The notes below the pieces were generated by a model. The model saw nothing but the letters and a program-made list of their open reading frames with translations, searched no databases and was not told the DNA's origin. The translations under genes and the position numbers were made by a program. DNA of 63,271 bases, the filler included, from Reticulomyxa filosa (taxonomy: Eukaryota > Protista > Foraminifera), in assembly GCA_000512085.1 (NCBI GenBank). It is 17 parts of 17 records of this genome, joined end to end, with 100 filler letters (N's around TTAATTAATTAA, not from the genome) between each part and the next. Parts side by side here need not be neighbours in the genome. Positions count along the whole stretch, not along the records: positions 49,535 to 54,232 come from ASPP01024504.1; positions 54,333 to 57,900 come from ASPP01011733.1; positions 58,001 to 63,271 come from ASPP01022389.1; 14 more parts are not named here. One strand, written 5' to 3'. Shown piece after piece: positions 50,566-63,271 of this stretch. Each line of letters opens with the position of its first letter. The first letter of the stretch is position 1.

Positions 50566-50894
50566 AAAGTCCAATGCTTGTTTTTCTTTCAAATAAGTAT
50601 ATTTGCTCTTTTTCCCTCTCTCTCTCTCTTTATTTCCCAAGTTATATTATACACAAATAAACACTTGGCATAAAGCAATATTCTCTAATTTGCTTTTCAA
50701 AAAGGATTTTATTTTTTAAAAAAAAAAAGTGGAAAAAAAGTCGAAACGGCTTCAATTGCGTTTAAAATATCTGTTACCTTTTTTTAATTTAAGCAAAAAA
50801 AATGACGAAGACCAGAAACAAATGGACAAAAATTGAAATACAACCGAATGGGATCTCTAGCTTTTTTTAAAAATTTTTTTTTAAGAAAGAAAGA

Positions 50895-51335
50895 TTATTT
50901 CTTTTGAGAAAGATGGTCCGGCGTTTTTGTTTTGGCTTGCTCTGGCTCACTCGCTTTTGAAACAAAAAATTTGGAGTTTTTGAAGACCATTTCATCAGTG
51001 AGACAGTCGTGTTTGGTTTTGAATTTGAAAGAAGTGGTTTCTTTGTCGTAGAAGAAGTTGCACTGAAAGACGTTGACCCCGTCGATGGCATGAGAGCTCG
51101 ACGGATACCACTCGCTTTGGCAAGACAAAAGGAAGACTCGGTTGAGAATACACTCTGCGCTATTGATCGTGGAGAACGTGCCTTCGAACACTTCATTTCT
51201 TGTTATTGCCATGGGTTTGAGCGTGGCAATGGGCGAGTTTTCAAATGTAGTTTTCCACTTTTGAAAAGGGGATTGAGACGCAATATCATTGTCAGACATC
51301 GAAGTGCGTGATTTGCGAAAAGATGAAGAAGAAGA

Positions 51336-51367
<32 letters not shown>

Positions 51368-52313
51368 AAGAAGAAGAAGGACCATTTTCTGAGGAATCTG
51401 ATTCCTGTTCCCATTCTCTTCTTCGTTCCCGTCCTCTTCCTCGTTCTCGTGAGCGTTCCGGCTCCTGTTCCGTTTCCTGTTCCGCTTGCGTTTTGTTCCA
51501 ATCGTCCATGATTTGATCAAAGAACCAAAACCATTGCAGCTTAATGAAGACCTCGTTGTCTTCGACGTGAATGCCAACGATGCGAGCGATCCATGGATTG
51601 GGGATGACAGATAAAATTTCGCCCGACACTTTGATGACGTCATTGTTATAAAAGCGCACTCCCGACACAACTTTCCAAATGCCAATGACTTGTTTTTCCC
51701 GAGCGCCTTTGTTCACAATGGCTCTCCAAGGGTCGGTCGTGTCGTCACCGTTGTCAAATACAATTCGTTTAATATGCTCCTCTGGCCTCAGCGGATACGA
51801 TTCCATGTAATATTTCAAATACTTGCGAAACTCTTGCAATGTATGCTTGTGTGTATCCACAAACACATTTCCACTTCCTCTCCTTCGGTATATCTGTTGC
51901 TTCGTTTTGCTTGCTTGTCGTTTCAGAATGCGAAAAATCTTTTCCAATATTTTTGTTGTCACTCTTTCCACTTGTCCTTCTTCTTGATCCTTTACGTATA
52001 CTATTATCTTATCATACTTCTCTTCTGATCCTTGCAAGTCGTAGGACATCAACATTGCCTTCAGTGCTTTCAACAAGCTTCTCAACAGTCGATCGCTTCC
52101 TGGCATACTCTTCTTCTCACTGTAACGATGCTTAAACAACTCCAACAGTGTACGCATTATCTCGTTCAACTCCTTGCTCACTTCCAAATATACTCCTTCA
52201 TCCAACACTTCTCCTTTGTTCAAGGTCAACGACGACGAATCTATATCTTTCATATCTACCACTAGTCCGCTCATCGTACCTGAGTCTTCTGAGGACTGAT
52301 GAAACATTATCAA
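50895..52313 (-). CDS. BAH-domain chromatin protein (main exon; 5' sequence probably extends to ~52830)
   Basis: FYNNDVIKV...PWIARIVGI...IKLQWFW...NEVFE...INSAECILNRVFLL...FQCNFFYD follows the BAH consensus. Confidence 0.75.
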
Positions 52314-53403
52314 AATTTTTTTTTTTTTTTTGGGTATATGCCCTCATCCCCCCCCCCAACGTCGTTGAACTGCCAACAAAATAGCTACAGGTTTCATCTT
52401 TTTCAACATTGCAACGGGTTGATTCAATTTTTTTTTCCACAATTGTTATTATTTCCTCTTTGCTTGTCCCGTTGTTGTACAATTCCACTTTGCGGGATTG
52501 TAAAGTTATATGATGACCATTTCTCGCTTGCAGATAATCATCACTTTTGATCTGCTCAGCAAACTGAAAGAATAAAATTATGTTGTACTTTTAAAATAAG
52601 CAGTGGCAGTACAGTTCTTTATTATAGTGTATTCGAAATTTTGTGTTTATATGCCAAGATTGTGTTCCAACATTGGTAATCTATATTTGAAAAGAAAAAT
52701 CTAAGACAAATTCAAACCAAAGAAGAATAGCGTTCCGCATAGGAACGGCCGTCTGATAATCCTCTTGAAGATGTTCATTGAACTTTTTTTTGATGGATCA
52801 ATGAGTGAAGGCTTTAAACTGAGGTTTGTGATCATAGAAAAAGGAAACAAAGGAAGGGCACGTTGTGGAGAAAAAAAACAAACTTGATCAGAAAAGATAT
52901 GGGAAAAAAATATCCTAAAAAAAAGTTGTTTATCTCTTCACTTTTGTGTATAAAAAAGTTTCCAATAGCGAAAGTTTAAATTCTTAAAATAAGAACTTTT
53001 TTCGCAATATGAAAAATTTTCATAAATCATGTCCCTTCTCCCAATTTCTTTGCAAGTATTATACACTATTGAACAAATAATATGTCATTTCTTTTTTTTG
53101 GCATTTGTGATATATGGACATGACACACTATCTGCTTTCTTATTATCGCACAATCCAAAATGGGAATATAATAGATATTTAAAAGAACATTTTTGAGATG
53201 TATGGTATGAAGATATGTTTAAAAGGAATTGTGATAAAACAACCTTCAACTTAAGACATTTGTTAGCTTTTTAAGATTTTTTTGTGCAAAGGGTACTTAA
53301 ATGTCATTTGTTAAGGAGTTGCAATCCTTCTTATTCACATACTGTCATCAACAAAAAAGAGACAATGCAACAATTGGTAAACCTTCTTCACTGTATTTCA
53401 TAA

Positions 53404-53983
53404 ACGGAATGGACTGACAAAAAAAAACGACAGTCAGAAAAAGTGATAAAAATAATAATTGAAAACTGGATTCGGATATTGAGTGGAAAATTAGGATGGA
53501 TTAACGATTTCAACAACATTGTGATCAAATATGTTGAGTAATGTTCTTTTAAATGTAAATGATCCCATGTTACTATAAAATAGTTTAAATACTCAAATAT
53601 AGGCTAAAAATTTTGAGTTGAGAAAAATTTTGCAAGGACACAACCGTGGAGTAAATAGTGTAAAATTTTCTCCAAATGGCCAATTTGTGGCATCCTGTTC
53701 AAATGATAAAACAATTCGAATATGGGATGCAGAATCAGAGGTGGTAGTAATGCAGCTGAAAGGATCTTTAGATCTTGTGAGAGATTTGAAATATTTTCCA
53801 GATGGCCAAACTATTGTATCGTGTTCGATCGACAAAATCATTTGTCTGTGGGATGTAAAATCAGGAAATGAAATACAAAGATTAGAAGGACATTTCCATT
53901 TGATTACAGGATTAGATATTTCACCAGATGGCAGTGTTATTGCAACATGTTCTCTTGATCAAACGATCCACATTTGGGAATGA
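53404..53983 (+). CDS. WD40-repeat protein of the lineage-expanded 'WIRILxxKLGWINDF' family
   Basis: Exon ENWIRILSGKLGWINDFNNIVIKY, then three WD40 repeats (GHNRGVNSVKFSPNGQ...IRIWD). The start is unclear and it may be a decaying copy. Confidence 0.8.
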
Positions 53984-54160
53984 ATAAAAATATTTGCTTT
54001 TTTTTTTTGGTATAAATAAATAACTTTCCAAAGTAACATATTTTGATTAGAAACAAAAATTAATATTTCTCTCTATTTAAGAGCAGTCAGAGATAGGCAT
54101 ATCCATACAAAAAAAAAGTATGAAACAGTCCTCATTGTGCAAAAGCGAAAAAATCTAAAA

Positions 54161-54232
54161 CTACAGTATGTTGCAAAAAAAACTGAACATCTAAAATGCC
54201 ACCTTATGAAGATGATAGATTTTCTTAATGAA
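54161..54232 (+). mobile_element. Candidate Tc1/mariner-type terminal inverted repeat (copy 2) and adjacent element sequence
   Basis: TA|CAGTATGTTGCAAAAAAAACTGAACA, ending 43 nt before the contig end. Confidence 0.5.
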
Positions 54233-54332
54233 NNNNNNNNNNNNNNNNNNNNNNNNNNNNNNNNNNNNNNNNNNNNTTAATTAATTAANNNNNNNNNNNN
54301 NNNNNNNNNNNNNNNNNNNNNNNNNNNNNNNN

Positions 54333-55313
54333 AATTCAAACCCTTTCGGTTCCAACTGCAAGAGTTGGTCGATAACGCACGGCAAGTTGTGCAAGAATTT
54401 AAAACGTACATGTACAGAAATGTTCCTACTTTGTTGGTCCAGTTAAGAGCAAAACATTAAAAAAATAAATCATTTTGATTGGAAGGAAAAAAAAAAATAA
54501 TTTGAAACTCAATATACATACATATACATATATATATATTTTATTTATTTATTTATTTATTTTTTTTAATACAATGACAAATATGCATCAGCCTGGGATC
54601 TCCGACAGACAAGGAGTCCATCTCTTATGATATTAAACAAGCAAGATGGAACCGAAAAGATTTGAGCTCAGAACCGAGTGCATACGTAACCAAATTGTTG
54701 TCCATGTTTGCGCAAGTTGAAGAAGTATTATCTTCTCATCCGACACTGCCGAAATTTATCCATCACAAACTGAATACGGAGGCAATCATTTATGTTCAAG
54801 AACAACTAGTTTCTGCTTATGCAGATGCTCCCAAATGCACTACAGAAGGTCGAGCATTAATGTCCCTAGACCAAAGCGAATTGAAAAAAGGATTGCAGCA
54901 ATTGAAAAACACTGAGTTTGCTTTTGTTTCTTTTGCTTGTTGTGCAAATCGGTATTTTTATTGACATTCATGCATATCATTTTAAACACAAAAAAAAAAA
55001 AAAGGCCCATGCCCAGTTTCGATTATGTTACTAACTTCATACAAGCATTTTATTTAACTGAGCAGGATTTATTGCAATGGGTGCAAGAACATCCAGTTTA
55101 CTTTTGTCTTCTTTTCTCTCCCCTCCTTCCCTTTGAACACAATATTTAATTCATTATAACGCATGACAGGAATACCCCTTGAAAGTACATACATCGTTCA
55201 GCCGTGTGGGAAGAGCAGCAGAAGCAATAAAACCAAAGGAAAAAACTCTCTTGGAACAAAAAATTGAAGAGGCATATAAAATTGGAAAATCAAAACAAAA
55301 AGAAACTAAATGA
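54333..55313 (+). CDS. VPS50: Syndetin/VPS50 (EARP complex), C-terminal exons
   Basis: LVSAYADAPKCTTEGRALMSLD and RPMPSFDYVTNFIQAFYLTEQDLLQWVQEHPEY, compared with VPS50 KKCSNEGRALMQLD...RPIPDKEFVETYIKAYYL. Confidence 0.9.
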
Positions 55314-55581
55314 GATATGTGGTGATATGTATTGACATTTGTATGTTTGTGATTTTTCCAAAGTTATTCAAATTTATTAAAGATAAACAGGGTAACGCAA
55401 GTAAAGTAATTTTGAGACAAATTAATGTATTCGAGTCTTTATTTTCAAGAAGTTCAAAAACGGTTTGAATCAAACCTTCGAAATGAATTTTAAGAAAAAC
55501 AATCGCAACTTTTCTTTTTTTTTTTGCATTCAAAAAAAGAAAGGCAAGGGTGAGATCATGCAGAATCTCCATTTGAATCAA

Positions 55582-57890
55582 TTACCGTTGCTCCATCTCC
55601 TTCATTTTTTTTTCATTTTTTAAGACACTAGCATCTATTTCTGGTCCCAGCAATCGATGCATATCCGGGTTTTCATTATTCACTACTTTTGGTTGACTCT
55701 CCCACCACTCGGCAGCTCCAGCAACGTCTAAGTAAATATTCTGTTCTCCAATGATAGAGATGGCTTCTTCAATATCTAAAATAAGTCGCACTGGCTGTTT
55801 TAATTCTGCACAAGGACAACAGAGCAGTAACATAAAAACGTGCCGTGTAAAAGGTACTGCGTGCAAGTATACCTGCAGCTAAAATGGTAAGTTCTGGTTC
55901 TGATTTCTTGAGTCTGTTGAGAAGTTTCTTCAATTCTTGGGTCGCGGTGACATCAATGTCATTAATGCCTGCAAATGAGAGTAATAAAGCCCAGGGTTTT
56001 TCTGTTACTCCAGGATTGCGAATTTTGAAGCGTTCTAGTATTTTATTTGTAAAAAATTTTGTTTGAAGCAGTCGTCACGATACTGAATAAATAAATGAAC
56101 TGATTTCTTTCAAAATTTTAGTTCGAAACGACAATGAATTTCCAAAAAACAAGCTGGCATCCCAACGGATGATCAGTAAGTCTGGTTGTACTTTGGCATC
56201 GGGATAATTCTTGATATTTCTAATACAAACAATTATTTGTGCCAAAGGAGTAAATAAAGGGGGGAAAAAAACAAACATAAGTTTACATGTGTGTTTTGAT
56301 ACAAAACCCAACTTATAAACCCCTTTTTTCTCACGAATTTCACCTAGCACTGCATAATGAGGACTCGACGCCCTTTGAATGAACATGAAGACAGAGGCAA
56401 TTACACCACTCAACAGACCCATTTCAATGCCAAGTATCAAAGTGCAAAGAAAAGTGATCATCGCAACATAAAAATCAGTGCGTTTCACTGTCCACAAACG
56501 GAACAAATTCTTTAAATCCGCAAGACTAAGAACAGAGACGATGACAGTGGCACCTTTTTGAACAATTTAAAAAAAAATTGCAAAGGTGTATTGTGTACGT
56601 GTGCAAAAAAAAAAAAAAATTATCAATTTGTTTTTTGTTTTGCGTGTATGATATCGCATACCTAAAGCAGCGTTAGGCAACCATCGAAAAAGTTGAATAA
56701 AAACCCCTAATGCAAAGATCATAAAAACTCCACTGACAAGTGAAGAAAGTGGCGTGACCGAGCCAGCAGCATCTAAGACAGCGCTACGAGCGAAGCCACC
56801 AGTGATGACAAATCCCTGAAACCAAGCCCCGATAAGATTGCAAACCCCAACTGCAATTAACTCTTGAGATGGACTGACCTGGTACCCTCTTTTTTCGGAA
56901 TACGTGGCAGCGACAGAAAAGCTTGACACAAAGCTGATTAACGCAGTCAATAAAGCGGAAGGCAAAAGCGCAGTTATTTCTGATGCCTTTACCGCATCAA
57001 ACATGTTCACGGACGCAGGAAATCCTTTTGGAATTGTTCCAACAATCTTTTGTGTGTACGTGTGTGTGTGTGGTAGGGAAAAAAATATATACAATTTTAT
57101 TTTTTTATTTTTTTTATTTTTTAAAAAATGTATCTATATAAAAAGAAGGCTATGTTAAAAAACTAAACTTTCCATGTACTCGGGTCATGAATCGCATAAG
57201 AAATTGCTGTTGCAACAACAACAACAACCAAAGCGCCGGGAACAAAAACCACATAATCAGAGCCCGGCCAATTTTTACGACGCTTCCACTGGCTTAACAA
57301 CAGCAAAATAGCCATGCATCCCAGTCCCAACAACAACGCCTTCCAATTCATGTCAGAAATATTCTTAAAAAACTGGGTCACCATTCCAAGAAACACACTG
57401 CTAGTCATTTTGATGCCAAACAAGTGTTTTACCTGACCCATTGCTTTTTTTTTTTTTTTAGTAATTTTTTTTTAAACTACTTTTTTTTTTTTTTTTAAAA
57501 AAAACAAAAAAAAAAAAAAGAAAAAAGAAAATTCAATGAATTAAAAAAAAAAAAAAAAAAAAGCCGGAAACCTATTGTCCACGACGAAGCCAGAATAAAA
57601 CCTAGAAGGACGGGACGTGACAACATGTTTGCCAATATACCTGCGTTCAATAAGCCTAAGACGGTTTGGATCAATCCCACTTCCAACGCAAAAACACTGG
57701 ACAAAGCCATAAAGGTCTTGTCATACGTCGGGTCGGAAGGCTTCTTTTTTATCACGCTTTCGATAGCCGCTGCGTTCAGATACGACACAAGGGCCACTGG
57801 TGCGACGCTCAGTTGTCCGCACGTACCAAAGAACGTATATACACCACCCCAAATTGAGGAATATTCTCCGACAACAGGGGGTAGTCCTTT
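55582..57890 (-). CDS. SulP/SLC26 anion transporter with STAS domain (5'-partial, multi-exon)
   Basis: GLPPVVGEYSS...YTFFGTCGQLSVAPVALVS, SQELIAVGVCN...GGFARSAV, and STAS IIRWDASLFFGN. Confidence 0.92.
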
Positions 57891-60800
57891 TTTTTTTTTT
57901 NNNNNNNNNNNNNNNNNNNNNNNNNNNNNNNNNNNNNNNNNNNNTTAATTAATTAANNNNNNNNNNNNNNNNNNNNNNNNNNNNNNNNNNNNNNNNNNNN
58001 TTGTGCAAAACACAAATGTAATTTCTTAAATTGAATACCAACAATGTGCCATTTATGAATGTTATACCAAGGGAGTGGACCCAATCGATTCATCGCCTTC
58101 ACATTACCATACTTTTATTCAATGTTTTTGGAAGTGATATTCCAAACATTACCTGCTTTGCTTTGTGTTTAATCCATAATTTCTTTGGCTGCTTGTGAGA
58201 TCCGAAATTTTCTTATTCTTGCTTTTTGAAATTATTTGGTTCCTCAAAAGCATTCAATGTTCTTCCAAAGAATCGCAATGTGTACTTTTTTATTATATAA
58301 AAAAGGAGTGTTTGTGTCTTTTTATTATTTTATTTCTTTAATCCAAAAAAGATAGAATATAATTGTACAGTCATTGGCAAAATTTCATCAAAGGAATTGG
58401 CATATAAATACACGTCACAAATTTTATTTTGTACTGAAAAAAAGTTGGCAGTATTTTCAATTTGTTCCAAAAAATTTCTTTCAGTTCTTCCAAATCGAAG
58501 AAAATAACAAATCTTGCCAACTCTTGAAAGTTTTGTGCTTTGCTTAATCGATGTAATACTTGCTTGTACATGTAAAAAAGGTGTGTTTCTATGAAAGTTA
58601 TGGAAAAGTTCATCTTTTTTTAAGAAGATTATTGAAGACTTTTTTGACAATCACTAAGTTCAAAAAAAAAAAGTTCGTTCGCAACCAAACAAAAATATGC
58701 CTCGATGTTTGCTATAGTTCAAATATCTTAAATATTTAATTTTTTTAAATTTCATTTGTGATTATACAAAGTAAAGAGAAAACATTGAATAAGAGTCGAA
58801 AGTTTAAATACGGGCAATGAGTTACTGACTGACAGCTTTTAATTTGTCAATGGAAACAATAATTCTGCCTTTTTTCGTTTAATCAATTTTATTATTTCGT
58901 AGATTAAACAATATTTTAAATGCAAAGAATAGTAATCAATATACTTTATTTTCTTTAATTTGTATTGAAAGAAAAGTAAAAATATTGCATATTCTATATC
59001 TTATGTAGTCAAGGTATTGTTATTAGTCCTCTTTATTGTTTTTGTTTCTCAAATGCTCCAAATGGTGACAAATATACCAAATATAAAGGTTGCTGAATGA
59101 AACGCCGTGTTATGATAAAACATAAAATTCTGTTACTATTCAGAAATGTAGAATATATTTTTAAAAATTTCAACGCTGATACAGAAAACGAAATCGAGAA
59201 TAATATGAGAAAGCCACAATTTTTCAATAATAAATGTGGAACACTTGTAGTAACATCTCTTACTACTCAAACGCATTCACGACAAACAAATTTGCAAGCA
59301 CATAAAAGTCTTATCCCAAAAAACAAAAACGTTTCAAACAATAAAACAAAACAACTAAAGTTGTCACGAATATATTTTTTTATTTACTTGTTTAAACGAA
59401 AATAAAACTCAATTGTTGAAATCATATTTTTGTTTACAAATAATCTTCATAAGGTAGTATTTTTATGCATTTATTGTTTGATTCAATAAACTGTAATAAA
59501 CTGCAATAGAATTTTTACTTAAATACAAAGATTTGTTATCTTTTCAGCCCTTTGACCTTAAACAATCCATCAAAACAATAAATTATTCTTTGTCATTTTT
59601 AGTATAATTTTTAAAATTATCGCCACTTATTTAATCCTTGAAGTGATGAAAAAAATTGCACAAACAAAAACCAAAGAAATATTTATTGTGTCTTGAAAGA
59701 TATCAATATAAATTATTGACAATTTTTATAGTAAGGGATAATTTTCAATTTGAATTTATGTTCCTTTGATTGAAATCATTGAATAATGATAATGTTAACT
59801 CAGATTCACAATTCTTTGACAATTGAGAAACTTATACTTTTTTGGATGATAAATTTTTGCAATTAGTTAATAAGAAAAGTAGATTATTGAATCAAGTGAA
59901 GGTGTTATGAAAGAATTTAAAAAAGCCAACCTTCATTTAAAATAATTTGGACTCTATTGCAACCAATCATAATTGGAAAAACAATTAAAAAATCCATCCG
60001 TGGTTATGATTGTAATTGTGAATATATGAATACACAGAGGTGAATAATTTTCCAAATGTGAAAGAAACAGGTGTAAAAAATTTCACAATTGTTTAAAAAA
60101 AGAATTGAATTATCAACTTGAATGTATTCTACACTTTTCAAATTGATTACACGGTTTTTCTTTATTTTCAAATTTACTCTTTTTTTTTTGTTTGAAACTC
60201 TGGGAAAAAAATCTTTCTAATGAAAATCCAAAAAAAAATCTCTGAATCTTCTCTAATATCAATCAGTGAACTTATTCAATTGAAGAAGAGATAGCTGAGT
60301 ATGTCTTCAAAGAAGAAGTAAACGTCACGTTTCAACAAAGATTGGATATTTAGAATATTTGTTTGCTGTTCCTTTTAAATGTCCACCAATATTTGCAATT
60401 AGATTTAGTTGTTTTGCATTATCATTTTTTTTGTGTTCTTTTTGTTATTGTATCAAATGGAAATTCGATTGCAACAAACAATCTATTCATGCAGATATAA
60501 TAACGTGGACAAACAAAATTATTATTTTTTCTATGCTACAAATTTTCCTTTTTAAATGGCACTTAGGTAATTGTTATCATTTTTCCTTTCATATTCAAGT
60601 AAAACAGATTGATTTGTGCAAAAGACAAAATATAATGTGGTGTTACAAAGAGAATACATTTCCATATAACAATGTACAATCAAGCAAATTAATAATTAAT
60701 TTAAATTTACAGTTTCAACGCAAAACTAAAATATTTTAAAAACACTTTTTACTTTAATATAAATGAAAAAAATGTTGTTTAGTTTGAATTTTGACAATTA

Positions 60801-60907
60801 AAGAGAAAAATATTTAAACTAGCATTTCATTAAAAAAAAAAATAAGTTCATCCAAAAAAACGGGGAATTAACTCTTCAAATTTTTTGTTTGCAAAATTTT
60901 CCTCATT

Positions 60908-61492
60908 ATGGCGTCAGCTGAAACAAAGATAAGTTTATTTATTTATTTCAAGAAAAAAAACAATACATTAATAAATATCACAGTCAAGTTGGGAGTGGAA
61001 AAAAAAAGGGTAATTGGATTCCGTATGATGACGATACAATTAAGAAAATATAGAACTTAACAATCAATTCTTCAGTTAAGTTTTGTAAAAATTTTTATAT
61101 TTCAAAGTTTGTTTTGTCTTTTTATTATTTTTTTATAGATTTTTATTAAGGTGCATTCGAGAAAGTATAAAATAACGAAGCTGTCATCTAAAACTGGAAT
61201 ACAGCAGAATAGTATCAATAAATCAATCATTGATGTTATAAAAGTTGAAAAAGGTTTGTGTTTTTTTTTTTTTTATTATACTAAATTTTTAAAAAAAATA
61301 ATATGCGCAGATGATTTAAGTTGTAAATTAGATTGCAGCAAAATGTGTGTTAAATGTCGTCTTAATGAATATACCTGTATTGTATTTACTTGTTTTCATT
61401 TTTGTGTTTGTGAAAGATGTGCTAGCACTTTAAAAAAGTGCACTGTTTGTAAACAACCAATCTATGGGATATTTCGTATGTTTACCCCATAA
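60908..61492 (+). CDS. Small RING-HC (C3HC4, IAP-like) finger protein, multi-exon
   Basis: CVKC...FTCFHFCVCERCASTLKKCTVCKQPI. The 5' exons are tentative. Confidence 0.75.
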
Positions 61493-62189
61493 TAAGTAAC
61501 TTTTGTTTATAATTGCAATTTTCTTGTTCTTTCACTGCATATTAACACGTAATTGTGTTTTTTAAAAGCATTCAAAAGAAAAATAAATTGAAATAAACAA
61601 CTTCTTTTAAAACAAAACAAAAATCAAAATATCCAAAAGATCAAAACCTGAGAATGAAAAATGCGCCAAATGGGAAAGAAGAAAAAAGAATGTAGTCATT
61701 TCATGAGTCGTCGTTTCATTCCGAAATTTCCACATCATTTTTTTCGACGAAAAAGAAAATTATATTTTTCTTTCTGGCGTTGATGTGACAAAAGGTAATG
61801 TAATTCCTTTTTTGTGTTCTAATGTATTTGTTTATCAACTTTAACAAGAAAAATTTCTTCAAAGTTGGAAAAAAAGAATAGATACAAGAAAACTTTACAC
61901 AAATTGTCAATACCCTGTTCATTTGTATGACGTAAGTGAAAATTGTTTACAAAGATTTGAAAAAAGAACGTGAAAAATATTTGACTCTATAAAGCATTTG
62001 AAGTAGTGTTTTAACCCATATATCGACTTATTAAAAAAAAAAAGAGAACGGGTTCCGAAAGAAATTTTTTTTTTTGAAGTAAAATCATTATCATAAACAT
62101 ATATTTTTTTATTAATCAGCAATGAGCGTAAAGTGCTTTTCGCAGGTAAAAAAAAAATGCTTGGCATATGTGACAGAAAACAGCTGAAT

Positions 62190-63214
62190 AAAAGTATGGG
62201 AGCTGAAAGGACAGTTGGACGTATCATCGGTGAGCAACAAGAACAACGTGGGGACATTGATGACAGAGATATCGGAGCGAAAGCAATTGGGGTAATATCA
62301 AAGTGTATTAAATTGACTTGCTAATTGTTTTGCACAAAAAGAACCATCAATTGATTAAAAAAAAAAAACAATAGAAATCATTACCATGATCGAAGTCCAT
62401 ATCGTGGCAGAGGCTCATATCGCGGAAGGAATAGCCGAGTGGTGTATTATGAACCGAAGGCGTCCACCTCTACTACACAAACAACTTTGCAAGATCCTGC
62501 CGGACAATAGCAAGAGTAGCGGCAATAATAACAACACGACAGATACTGCTGCAACAACAACAACAGCTACTACTACTGCCTCTGTTATGAACAACTACGA
62601 TGAAAGTTTTGTCTGTTTTAATACGTGCCATCGTATTCAGTGCAGTTTGCATTAAGTCTTATCGGCACAAGCATAAAATGTCGTCCGTGTGATAGTTTGT
62701 ATGTACATGTGTGCATATTGTGTTGTATGATATTCCTCCTTGTAGAGCACGACAAGCCCAATGAAGGAAGAGTCACTGAAAAAGTCAAATCCAATTATCA
62801 TTCGTCCCATCCATCGAGTTTAATCTTTTATTCTTTATTCTATATTCCTTCGATAAAAAAAAACAACTGTTGTGCAATGCAGATACTACCAACAACACGC
62901 GTGGTCGCGGTCGTGGTCGTGGTCGTGGCCGAGGTCAAGGTGGACGAGGCCGTGGACGAGGACGTGGACGTGGCTATGATAATCAACGCAACGCAGAGAG
63001 TGACAACACACGTGTGGTAATCAAGTTGAGTGGAAGCAAGAAGTATCATACGCCAGACAACGGGTCATCCAATGTTCACAAAACGGATTCCGGGATGAAT
63101 GAGTCAAAAACATGGACAAGTCTAACCTCGCGTCACATCGCTACAGATACAGCCACCAATGCCAATACTAACGCTACAGCTATTACTGTGGTCACTGTTG
63201 CTGCCAATAACAAT

Positions 63215-63270
<56 letters not shown>

Positions 63271-63271
63271 C
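62190..63271 (+). CDS. RG-repeat / Asn-Thr-rich disordered protein (3'-partial)
   Basis: Exon from 62883 reads TRGRGRGRGRGRGQGGRGRGRGRGRGY. An earlier exon reads YRGRGSYRGR. The region ends in an (AAC)n tract. Confidence 0.6.
63205..63271 (+). repeat. (AAC)n trinucleotide repeat (poly-Asn coding)
   Basis: Directly visible tandem repeat running to the window end. Confidence 0.95.

Noticed and set aside
62500-62535. CAA TAG CAA GAG TAG CGG CAA TAA TAA CAA suggesting a ciliate-type TAR=Gln code
   Set aside because: The adjacent frame reads naturally (DNSKSSGNNNNTT), and conserved genes here end in TAA (e.g. RPS8). A 1-nt indel explains the pattern.

Overview
This is not one chromosome segment. 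It is 17 unrelated contigs joined by artificial 100-nt linkers (N44-TTAATTAATTAA-N44). Sixteen contigs are AT-rich, intron-containing eukaryotic DNA, most likely from a foraminiferan such as Reticulomyxa filosa. That identification is inferred from an EFL remnant, a characteristic 'WIRILxxKLGWINDF'-WD40 gene, HEAT-repeat and Gly-rich families, and poly-A/T introns. One contig (36291-37385) is GC-rich bacterial DNA. Recognisable genes include an Amt ammonium transporter, RPS8, AP-3 beta, a PLP decarboxylase, an SNF2-RING helicase, FHA and F-box proteins, a rhomboid, a GRK, the DNA-PKcs N-terminus, a GH127-like hydrolase, a BAH protein, VPS50 and a SulP/SLC26 transporter, plus several decayed pseudogenes. 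The most striking item is a spliced gene at 39887-41949 (-) encoding coiled-coil + an intact Mrr-type (type IV restriction endonuclease, D...QxK) nuclease domain + a C-terminal Myb/SANT domain, directly upstream of a SAM methyltransferase gene. Other highlights are a secreted 3D-domain (MltA-like) protein, an actin::EFL chimeric pseudogene, a candidate Tc1/mariner terminal repeat at two contig ends, and a DNA-PKcs that stops at a (TA)n tract. All assignments come from manual translation and motif recognition; no searches were run.
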